Shown: piece by piece, positions 19,858 to 27,682 of the stretch
Layout: every line of letters begins with the position of its first letter
Position numbering within the stretch: position 1 is the first letter of the stretch
Assembly: GCA_963814585.1 (NCBI GenBank)
Contig: CAWFDF010000014.1
Span: 32,001-96,000, forward strand
From: an uncultured delta proteobacterium
Lineage (GTDB): Bacteria > Myxococcota > Myxococcia > Myxococcales > Anaeromyxobacteraceae
DNA: 64,000 nucleotides
Direction: 5' to 3'
Notes under the pieces: model-generated
What the model saw: only the letters and a program-made list of their open reading frames with translations
What the model was told of the DNA's origin: nothing
Database searches by the model: none
Position numbers and translations under genes: made by a program

Positions 19858-21963
19858 ATGAGCCTCCCTCCCATGCTGGGCGAGCTCCACGAGGTTCGCG
19901 GCGCCCTCACGGCAGACCGGCGTGGCCAGGTCCACGCCACCGTCAAGGAATTCCCCGGAGCCGCCGACGAGGCCGCCGCGGTGGCGGTCGCCGTCACCGA
20001 GCTGAGCGCGGCCGGTGCGTCGCTCGGGCTCGACGCGCTGCGAGGACTCGAGGTCAAGGGCCCGAGCCGGACCACGCTCACGGCGGTCCGCGCTGACCTG
20101 TTCCTGCTCGCCGACCTGGATCCGGTCAAGCGGCCCGGCCACGCCCAGGAGACGCTGGAGGCCTGGCAGCGTGGTGAGGTCCTGCCGGCCCCGGGCCCGG
20201 TGCCTGGCCCGTCCGGTCTCACCGGCGTGCTGCCGGCCGCCGAGCCGCCTCCCTTGCCGCCACGCCCCAGCCCCGCCCCGACCGCCTCCGCCACCCGGCT
20301 CATGGCGCTCGATGACCCGTGGGGATCCCTTCGCCGCGCGCTGGTTCGCGGTCACCTCACGCGCGCTGCCGCCTTCCAGCAGGCCATCGTCGACGGCGGG
20401 GCCGGCCCGTCGCCGGCGCCCGGCAGCGAGGCGCTCCCCGCCAAGGCCCTTCAGGAGGCCATGCAGCGCCTGCTCGAGGGCATCGGCAGCATCATGGCCG
20501 GGGACCCCATGGGCGGCGCCCGCTCCCTGTCCGAGCTGGCCAGGGAGACCCAGCCCAACCTCTCCATCCGCTGGCTGGCCCACTACTGGTCGGCCCGGGC
20601 CGCCCTCCAGGGGGGCGGCGCCGAGACCGCCCGGGACCACGTCCGCGAGACCCTGGGCCTCTCGCGCCAGCTCGACGTCGAGGCCCGCGGGGTCAGCCAG
20701 CTGCTGGCGGCCGAGCTGCTGGCTCGCGGCGGCGACCTGACCAAGGCCCTGAGCTGGCTGGCGGAGGCCCGCGGCCGCTTCGAACGGGTGGCCGACCGCT
20801 GGGGGCTCGGCCAGTCCTGGCTGGCCGAGGCGCGCATCCTGGTCGGCCGCGACGAGGCGGCCTGCGTGGCGGCGGCCCAGCGCGCCCGCGACGCCGATCC
20901 GGCATGGGACGAGCCGCAGGTCTTCCTCGCCAGCCGGGCCCTGATGGCCGGGGAACCGGGCAGCGCCAGGGCCGCGCTCGGCGACCTCCGCTCGCCGGCC
21001 GCCGATCGCCTTCGCACGGTGCTGGAGGCGGTGGCGCAGCGGCAGATCTCGCTCCCCGACGCCGGCGAGTTCCTCCGCGTCCACCACGCGCCGCCGTCCG
21101 GCCAGAACCTCCGCTCGCTGGAGCGGATCGCCAACGCCTCCCCGCGCTTCCTCCAGGCGCGCGAGGCCCTGGCCTGGCTGCTGGTCAAGCTGGGCCGCTA
21201 CGCCGCCGCGCGCGAGGTCTTCGTGTGGCTGCTCGAGCAGCCGCTCGAACCCGCCGACCAGGCCATGGTGACGCTCGGGCTGAGCTGCACGGCCACCGCG
21301 CTCCAGGCCGCCGGCACCGCGTCGCCGCCCGGCGCCGCCGCTGGTCCCGGCAAGGGCACCGTCACGGGCCGCCCGCCCGGCACGCCACCAGCCCTGGGCG
21401 ACTCGGCCCTGCTGCCCCAGGGGACCCGCGCCACCGTCTCCGGCCTCGACGCCATGTTCTCGGGGAGGCTCAGCGTCTTCTCGCCCGCCGACCTCGTCGA
21501 GTTCCTCCGCACCGCCGGACGCAGCGGGCTGCTGGTGTGCAGCTCCCAGGGCGGCGTGGGAGCGTTCCGCTTCCGCCAGGGCAGGATCACCGGGGCCGCC
21601 GCACCGTCGACGCCGAGCGTCGGCGAGCTGCTGGTCCGGAGCGGACGGCTCACCGCCCAGGGCCTGGCCTCGGCCGGTCCTGCCCGCGAAGGCTCGCTGA
21701 TCGACGCCGAGCTGGTCTTCCGGCTGGTCCAGCTCCGGCTGGTCGAGGCCGCCGCCGTGCGCGAGGCCAGCCGCCAGCAGATCGAGCAGGCGCTGCGCGA
21801 GCTGATCGACTGGACCGACGGCGAGTTCGCCTTCACGCGGGAAGACGATGAGCCGCAGGCCGGCGAGGCCACCATCGAGCTGGATGCGCAGCAGCTCCTG
21901 CTCGAGATCTTCCGCGAGCGGGACGAGTCCACCCGTGGTCCCGTCCCCAGCTCCCGAACCTGA
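19858..21963 (+). CDS. Multidomain protein: roadblock-like N-terminus, TPR-like middle, C-terminal DUF4388 (PATAN-like) domain
   Basis: C-terminus FSGRLSVFSPADLVEFLRTAGRSGLL...FRQGRITGA...LIDWTDGEFAF...QLLLE is typical of DUF4388. N-terminus has a roadblock-like pattern. GGGGAGG RBS. Confidence 0.78.
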   Translation: MSLPPMLGELHEVRGALTADRRGQVHATVKEFPGAADEAAAVAVAVTELSAAGASLGLDALRGLEVKGPSRTTLTAVRADLFLLADLDPVKRPGHAQETLEAWQRGEVLPAPGPVPGPSGLTGVLPAAEPPPLPPRPSPAPTASATRLMALDDPWGSLRRALVRGHLTRAAAFQQAIVDGGAGPSPAPGSEALPAKALQEAMQRLLEGIGSIMAGDPMGGARSLSELARETQPNLSIRWLAHYWSARAALQGGGAETARDHVRETLGLSRQLDVEARGVSQLLAAELLARGGDLTKALSWLAEARGRFERVADRWGLGQSWLAEARILVGRDEAACVAAAQRARDADPAWDEPQVFLASRALMAGEPGSARAALGDLRSPAADRLRTVLEAVAQRQISLPDAGEFLRVHHAPPSGQNLRSLERIANASPRFLQAREALAWLLVKLGRYAAAREVFVWLLEQPLEPADQAMVTLGLSCTATALQAAGTASPPGAAAGPGKGTVTGRPPGTPPALGDSALLPQGTRATVSGLDAMFSGRLSVFSPADLVEFLRTAGRSGLLVCSSQGGVGAFRFRQGRITGAAAPSTPSVGELLVRSGRLTAQGLASAGPAREGSLIDAELVFRLVQLRLVEAAAVREASRQQIEQALRELIDWTDGEFAFTREDDEPQAGEATIELDAQQLLLEIFRERDESTRGPVPSSRT

Positions 21964-21971
21964 CCGCGACC

Positions 21972-23876
21972 ATGCCCTCCGCGCCAGCCTCGATCGACCC
22001 CAAGGGCCAGGGCCCCGTGGATCTCTCCAGGCTGGCCGGGTTCAAGCTGGGCAACTACCGGCTCGAGCGAATCCTCGGGCGTGGCCGGATGGGCGTGGTC
22101 TACCTGGCGCAGGACGAGGCCCTGCTGCGGCCCACCGCCATCAAGGTGCTGGCCTGGGCGAGCGGCGACGCCAGCGGCCAGGATCCGGTCCAGTGGTTCC
22201 TCGGCGAGGCCCGGCTGGTGGCGCGCATCAACGATCCGCGGGTGGTGCAGATCTACGGCGCGGCCAGGCAGGGGGACTACTGCTACATCGCCATGGAGTA
22301 CGTGGCGGGCCAGTCCACCGAGGCGCTCATCGCCACCGGGGGACGCCTCTCGCCGGAGGCGGCCACCGACATCCTGGTGCAGTCCTCCTCGGCCCTCCAC
22401 GCCGCGCACGTCGCCGGCGTCGTCCATCGCGACGTCAAGCCGGGAAATCTGCTGATCGGACCGGGCGGCATGACCAAGCTGGGCGACTTCGGCATGGCCC
22501 ACGGCTCGGCCGGCGTCCCGGTGGGCAACGCCTCCGTGCGCGCCGGCACGCCGTTCTACACGGCGCCGGAGATCTGGCGCGGCGCCGTGGCCAGCCCGGC
22601 CTCCGACATCTACGCGCTGGGCGCGACCTACTTCCACCTGCTCACCGGGCGGCCACCCTTCCTCGGCGCCGACCTGGACGAGGTCGAGCGCGCCCACCTC
22701 GGGGCGCCGGTCCCCGATCCTCGCGATCTGGTGCCCGGGCTCCCGCCCTCCTGCTCGACGCTGGTGGCGCGGGCGCTGGCCAAGAACCCGGCCGATCGCC
22801 AGCCCTCGGCGCAGGTGCTGATGTGGGAGGGCCGCCGAGCGCTCCAGGAGCTGGCGGCCGCCTCCCCCGCCACGCCCCCGGCCAGGAGCCTCGCGCCCAC
22901 GCCGGCGCGCCCGCCGAGGCCACCTGTCCCCCGACCCGCGCCGCCACCACTGGCCGGACGCTTCCAGTTCATCCGGGCGCCCTTCGACCTCTTCGACCCG
23001 CTCCTCGCCCCCTTCCAGGCCGCGCCGCTCGACGGAGTCCGGCGGCGGCTCCAGGCCCTGGTCGAGGACCCTCCCACGACGCAGGTGGCGCTCACCGGCC
23101 CGCCCGGGAGCGGCCGGACGACGCTGCTCAGGCAGCTGGCCGCCGACGTCGCGATCTCGGGGGCCCGCCTGGTCCTCTCGGTGGACGACGCGAGCCGGGA
23201 CGATGGCCGGTCGGCGCTGCAGCGGCTCTGCCGCGCCGCGGGGGTCCCCGACGAGGGCGTGACACGCCTCGACGGGTTGCTCCACCGGCTCGGCGAGGAG
23301 CGCGGCCGCCCGCTGCCGCTCCTCCTCGTGGACGGGCTCGACGGGAGGTCCGAGCTCGATCCCGACCTGCTGGCCCTGGCCGCGGCGGCGGCCTGGTCGA
23401 GGACCTTCAAGCTGGTGGTGGCGGGGCCGGCGGGGCTGGGCCGACGGCTCGCCTCCGCCACCGACCCGGGCGAGCGGGCCCCGTGGGTCGAGCTCCCGGT
23501 CCCCGCACTCGACGCCGTCCAGGTGGCTCACTACGTCCGCAGCTGGCTCCGCGCCAGCCGGGCCCCGGACGCCGCACCCATCCACCTCTCGGCCGACGCC
23601 CTCCTGCTGGCCGCCCACCGGTCCGGGGGGCGGCCGGGGACCGTCGACGTGATCGGCTGGAACATGCTGGCGCTGGCCGCGGCCGCCGGACGACCCACCC
23701 TCACCTCGTGGCATGCCTGGGCCGCCGCCGCCGGCACCCCGTGGCCCGAGGCCCGCCCACCGCCGGGCCTGGTCGCCATGCCCCCTGGGTGGCCGACCAC
23801 CGAGGCCCGTGCGGTCATCGACGAGTGCCGCCGGGGGGCCGGGCTGCCCCCCTGGCCGGAGGTCGGGAGCACATGA
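21972..23876 (+). CDS. Cytoplasmic Ser/Thr kinase fused to an ExeA/AAA_22-like ATPase domain
   Basis: LGRGRMGVVY, AIK, HRDVKPGN, DFG, GTPFYTAPE. After a Pro-rich linker: GPPGSGRTT, LLLVDG, HRSGGRP. Confidence 0.85.
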   Translation: MPSAPASIDPKGQGPVDLSRLAGFKLGNYRLERILGRGRMGVVYLAQDEALLRPTAIKVLAWASGDASGQDPVQWFLGEARLVARINDPRVVQIYGAARQGDYCYIAMEYVAGQSTEALIATGGRLSPEAATDILVQSSSALHAAHVAGVVHRDVKPGNLLIGPGGMTKLGDFGMAHGSAGVPVGNASVRAGTPFYTAPEIWRGAVASPASDIYALGATYFHLLTGRPPFLGADLDEVERAHLGAPVPDPRDLVPGLPPSCSTLVARALAKNPADRQPSAQVLMWEGRRALQELAAASPATPPARSLAPTPARPPRPPVPRPAPPPLAGRFQFIRAPFDLFDPLLAPFQAAPLDGVRRRLQALVEDPPTTQVALTGPPGSGRTTLLRQLAADVAISGARLVLSVDDASRDDGRSALQRLCRAAGVPDEGVTRLDGLLHRLGEERGRPLPLLLVDGLDGRSELDPDLLALAAAAAWSRTFKLVVAGPAGLGRRLASATDPGERAPWVELPVPALDAVQVAHYVRSWLRASRAPDAAPIHLSADALLLAAHRSGGRPGTVDVIGWNMLALAAAAGRPTLTSWHAWAAAAGTPWPEARPPPGLVAMPPGWPTTEARAVIDECRRGAGLPPWPEVGST

Positions 23877-24196
23877 ACGATCTGGAGACCGTGGCCCGCC
23901 TGCCCGGCGTCAGCGTCGCCGTGCTCGGCGACCTCGAGGGGACCTTCCTGGGGGCGTTCGGCACCGCCGACGGGGAGACCATCGCCGCCGAGATGGGGTT
24001 CGTCGGCAGTGCCATGCGGGGAGCGGGTGAGCTGCTCGGCCTCGGTGCCCTCGCCTCCCTCTCGTTCTCCGGCCGGACCAGCGCCTGCCTGCTGGTGGTT
24101 CGCCCCCGGGCGCTCATCACGGCGCTGGTCGCGCCGCCCCAGTCGCTCGGCCCGGTCGAGCGCGCGGTGGACGCCGCGCTCCAGGGGCCGACCTGA
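23873..24196 (+). CDS. Roadblock/LC7 (MglB-like) domain protein
   Basis: 107 aa, LPGVSVAVLGDLEG...ETIAAE...GELLGLGAL pattern. ATGA overlap with the kinase. Confidence 0.7.
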   Translation: MNDLETVARLPGVSVAVLGDLEGTFLGAFGTADGETIAAEMGFVGSAMRGAGELLGLGALASLSFSGRTSACLLVVRPRALITALVAPPQSLGPVERAVDAALQGPT

Positions 24197-24197
24197 C

Positions 24198-24393
24198 ATG
24201 GACACCATCCTCCTGGGCCGGCTCGACCTGGCGGGCATCCACGCTGCGCTGCGACGGGGCCGGCCGGCTGCTGGGCCACCGGGGGCGATCGGTCCACCTC
24301 CGGGCGTTCGCCCACGAACTGGCGACCAGGGTCGAGGACGGCGATGATCGCCGGGCCTTCCTGGTCGCGCCGGAGCGGACCGGCGGCACGTAG
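24198..24393 (+). pseudogene. Small frameshifted or degenerate ORF with a helical motif seen at the C-terminus of roadblock/DUF4388-associated proteins
   Basis: ATG 1 nt after the roadblock stop. A different frame reads ...LRAFAHELATRVEDGDDRRAFL...GGT-stop at 24393. Confidence 0.35.
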
Positions 24394-24414
24394 TCCCACG
24401 GAGCGGAGATCCAC

Positions 24415-25332
24415 ATGTCCCTGGTCACCACGATCCAAAGCAGGCTCAGTCGCAAGATCTCGCTGAAGCTGGCCGGCCTCCTGTTCGTGCTCACGTCGGG
24501 CGCGGCCGGGACCATCCTCGTCACCCGCACCCAGCAGATGGAGGAGATGACGCTGGAGAAGGCGCGGCTGGCCGCGGCGGCCGGAGCGAGGCAGTTCGGG
24601 GACACCTTCGACAACGCCATCGACTCCAGCCTGCTGACGGTCAACGACGTCTTCGACCGGTCCTACGTCGAGATCAAGGGCTGGGACTGGGGCGACAAGC
24701 CCAAGTTCCACACCCGCTTCGACGCCTTCTGCGACCGCGCCGTGCTGGTCTTCCAGGACAGGTTCCTGGACGGCGGTGACTTCATCTACGCGGTGGGCGT
24801 CGACGTCAACGGCTACCTGCCGACCCACAACACCAGGTTCCAGCAGCCGCTCACCGGCGTCCCGGAGAAGGACCTGGCCGGCAACCGGACCAAGCGCGTC
24901 TTCAACGATCCGGTCGGCCTGGCCGCCGCCAGGAACACCGAGCCGGGCTTCCTCCAGGACTACGCCCGCGACACCGGCGAGCGGATGTGGGACGTCTCCA
25001 GCCCCATCTTCGTGAAGGGGAAGCACTGGGGTGGCTTCCGCGTCGGCGTCTCGATGGAGCGGATCGCCGCCAGGCAGCGGGCGCTGTTCATCACGCTGAC
25101 CGGCATCTTCGCCGCCTTCGCCCTCATCACCATCGTCACCATGTACGTGGTGGTGGAGCGGGCCATGAGGCCGGTGTCGGCCCTGACCGCGGCCGCCGGC
25201 GCCATCAGCATGGGCGAGGGCCTCGACACCCCCATCAAGTCCCAGTCGAGCGACGAGATCGGCCAGCTCACCAAGGCGGTGGAGCGGCTGCGCGTCAGCA
25301 TGAAGGCGGCCATGAGCCGGCTCGGCGGGTAG
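24415..25332 (+). CDS. Membrane receptor: TM, periplasmic Cache-like sensor, TM, HAMP, with no output domain
   Basis: Two TM helices. Sensor motif VDVNGYLPTHN...NRTKRVFND...YARDTGE...PIFVKGKHWG. HAMP RPVSALT...DEIGQLTKAVERL, then stop. Confidence 0.85.
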   Translation: MSLVTTIQSRLSRKISLKLAGLLFVLTSGAAGTILVTRTQQMEEMTLEKARLAAAAGARQFGDTFDNAIDSSLLTVNDVFDRSYVEIKGWDWGDKPKFHTRFDAFCDRAVLVFQDRFLDGGDFIYAVGVDVNGYLPTHNTRFQQPLTGVPEKDLAGNRTKRVFNDPVGLAAARNTEPGFLQDYARDTGERMWDVSSPIFVKGKHWGGFRVGVSMERIAARQRALFITLTGIFAAFALITIVTMYVVVERAMRPVSALTAAAGAISMGEGLDTPIKSQSSDEIGQLTKAVERLRVSMKAAMSRLGG

Positions 25333-25345
25333 AGGAGACACCACC

Positions 25346-25978
25346 ATGACCCGGACCACCACGCTGCTCGCGTCGCTCCTCCTTGCCGCCGCCACCCTCT
25401 CCCCGGCCCTGGGCCGGGCGCAGCCCAGGCCGACCGCCGCCCAGCTGGAGCTGCTCAACACCCAGGAGCGGGAGATGCTCGCGGTCGCCCAGGACTTCGC
25501 TCGCCGGGTCTCCGAGACCATGGAGGCCTGGCTGGCCGCCAAGGAGGTGAGCGAGGAGCGGCTCTTCTCCTTCCTCTACTACCCGGTCGCCAAGACCGAC
25601 CCGCCCAAGTTCACCACCGACTGGGACCGGCTCTCCGATCGGGACGTCCAGGGGATCGAGGAGGCGGCGATGAGCCGCGCCCAGGGACTGGTCTACGCCG
25701 TGCTGGTGGACCGGCACGGCTACCTTCCGACCCACAACCTCCGCTACTCTCAGCCCCTCACCGGGAACCTGGCCAACGATCTCGTCAACAACCGGACCAA
25801 GCGCATCTTCAACGACAGGACCGGCCTGGCGGCGGCCAGGAGCGCGGCCCCATTCCTCGTCCAGCGCTACCAGCGCGACACCGGCGAGACCATGGTGGAC
25901 CTCTCGACGCCGGTCTTCGTGCGCGGGGTGCACTGGGGTGCGGTCCGGCTCGGCTTCCGGGCCATCGACGCGCGCTGA
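25346..25978 (+). CDS. Secreted stand-alone paralog of the same sensor domain
   Basis: Signal peptide, then VDRHGYLPTHN...NRTKRIFND...YQRDTGE...PVFVRGVHWG. AGGAG RBS. Confidence 0.82.
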   Translation: MTRTTTLLASLLLAAATLSPALGRAQPRPTAAQLELLNTQEREMLAVAQDFARRVSETMEAWLAAKEVSEERLFSFLYYPVAKTDPPKFTTDWDRLSDRDVQGIEEAAMSRAQGLVYAVLVDRHGYLPTHNLRYSQPLTGNLANDLVNNRTKRIFNDRTGLAAARSAAPFLVQRYQRDTGETMVDLSTPVFVRGVHWGAVRLGFRAIDAR

Positions 25979-26039
25979 GGGGCCGGCGCGGCCTGGGCGG
26001 GCCCTTCCGCCCGGATCGCGGAGCAGCGCCCCGGGACCC

Positions 26040-27479
26040 CTACCTCGGCTTGCCGATGGCGGGAGGCTTCCAGGAGCCATCCAGGGCCGAGGGGGGCCGC
26101 CCTCTCGGCCCGTGGAGCCGCAGCACCAGGGAATACCGGCCCGCCGGCACCTGCAACCAGTTGGACTCCCGCCCCTTGGGCGGGTCCACCTGCAGCAGCA
26201 GCTCGAGCGAGCCGTCGCGGTGGTACTGGAACCTGCCCCGCGAGCTGAGCGGGTTCCGCCCGCCCTTGCCGAGGAACGGGACCCCGCGCTCGTCGTACAC
26301 GCTGAGCGTCCAGAGCGCCAGGGCCGGTGGGCCCTTGCCCCGGTTGAAGCGCAGGGCGCGGCGGACGCGGCCCTCCAGCGGCTTCCCGCCACCGTCCACC
26401 TCGGCCGTCAGCACCACGCCGTCGAGCGCGCGGTCGGCGCCGGCGGCGACCTCGGCGGCGCGCCCGAGGTAGCCGGGGGCGGGAGCCCCCACGCCCGCGG
26501 CGGCCCACCCGTTGACCGGCGCCGCCGGGCTCGCCGCCGACGTGATCCTCTCGTGCGCCAGCCTGGGCACGCCGGCCATGGCCTTGATGACCGAGGCGTC
26601 CAGGCCGCTGGGGTCGTAGTCCTTCCCGGGCACCAGGCCGATCCTGGCCAGCGTCGGCAGGATGGTGGCGTCGTCGGATGCCGGCGGATTGACCTTGAGC
26701 AGCGTGGCCAGGAGCTTGAAGTAGACCACGGCGTCGAGCGCCTGGAGCTGCTCCCGGATCGGCGTGGTCACGTCCAGCGAGGCGTCGGGGCGCCCCGGCG
26801 GAGCCACGTACTTCTTCGGATTGGCGCCGAGCGGCAGCAGCGTGAGCCGATCGACCCACGCCTGCGCCTCGCCCCGGTCCACGCTCCCGCCCGCCGCCAG
26901 CACTCGCCCGCCGATCCGGACCAGCGCCGTGGGCGACCTCACCTCGCGGACGCCGGCCGGGAGCTTCCCGCTCCAGCCCGGTCCGGTCACGGCGATCCGG
27001 CCGGGCCGCCCCTTCGCCCCCGGGCCGCCGGCCATGTGGAGGAGCTGGTTCCAGGCCGACCGGAAGGTCACGACGTGGTAGCGCCCCCGGGTGTCCGGGA
27101 GCGAGAGCACCCACGGCTCGGCGCCGACGTCCACCCAGGCCTCCAGCGAGAGGGTGTCGAGGGATCCTCGCGGCGCCCGCTCCGCCGGCGTGGGCGGCCC
27201 CCGGGGCCGGGCCAGCTGGTCCATGGGAGCCTGGGCCCCCGCCGGCCTGTCCACGTTGGTGGCCACCCGGCGCGCCAGCTCGGCGCCCACCAGCGGGTAG
27301 CCATAGACGTAGGCCTCGACGGCCGCGTCCAGCGCCTCCCTCTCGCGCTCCGCCTCCCTGGCGACGGCCGCGGGCGGCCGCTGGCCAGCCTGCGGGGGCG
27401 GGGGCGGCGGCTTGCAGGCCGCCAGGGCCAGGGCCACCGCCATGGACAGCCACCTCAGGCCGCGAGTGGATCGACCCAT
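26040..27479 (-). CDS. DUF1254/DUF1214 lipoprotein
   Basis: Lipobox LAAC, AYVYGYPLV, DTLS..AWVD...EPWVLSLPD..GRY, WTLSVYD, DGSLEL, NWLQVP..YSLVLRL. Confidence 0.85.
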   Translation of the reverse strand: MGRSTRGLRWLSMAVALALAACKPPPPPPQAGQRPPAAVAREAEREREALDAAVEAYVYGYPLVGAELARRVATNVDRPAGAQAPMDQLARPRGPPTPAERAPRGSLDTLSLEAWVDVGAEPWVLSLPDTRGRYHVVTFRSAWNQLLHMAGGPGAKGRPGRIAVTGPGWSGKLPAGVREVRSPTALVRIGGRVLAAGGSVDRGEAQAWVDRLTLLPLGANPKKYVAPPGRPDASLDVTTPIREQLQALDAVVYFKLLATLLKVNPPASDDATILPTLARIGLVPGKDYDPSGLDASVIKAMAGVPRLAHERITSAASPAAPVNGWAAAGVGAPAPGYLGRAAEVAAGADRALDGVVLTAEVDGGGKPLEGRVRRALRFNRGKGPPALALWTLSVYDERGVPFLGKGGRNPLSSRGRFQYHRDGSLELLLQVDPPKGRESNWLQVPAGRYSLVLRLHGPRGRPPSALDGSWKPPAIGKPR

Positions 27480-27682
27480 GAGCCCATGACCTCCTCGAGA
27501 CCCGGCGGCCTCCCGGGTCCATGGTCTCGAGCCTCGTGGCCTCGAGCTTCCGGGGCGCGAGCTTACCGGACGCGGCCCGCCGCACCAGTGGATTTCGTGC
27601 TGGGGCGCGCTCCAACGCGCGTCGACAACGTCCGGTCCACGTGGTTAGGTCGAGGCTCCGGCTCCACGGCGAGGTCCTGCGA

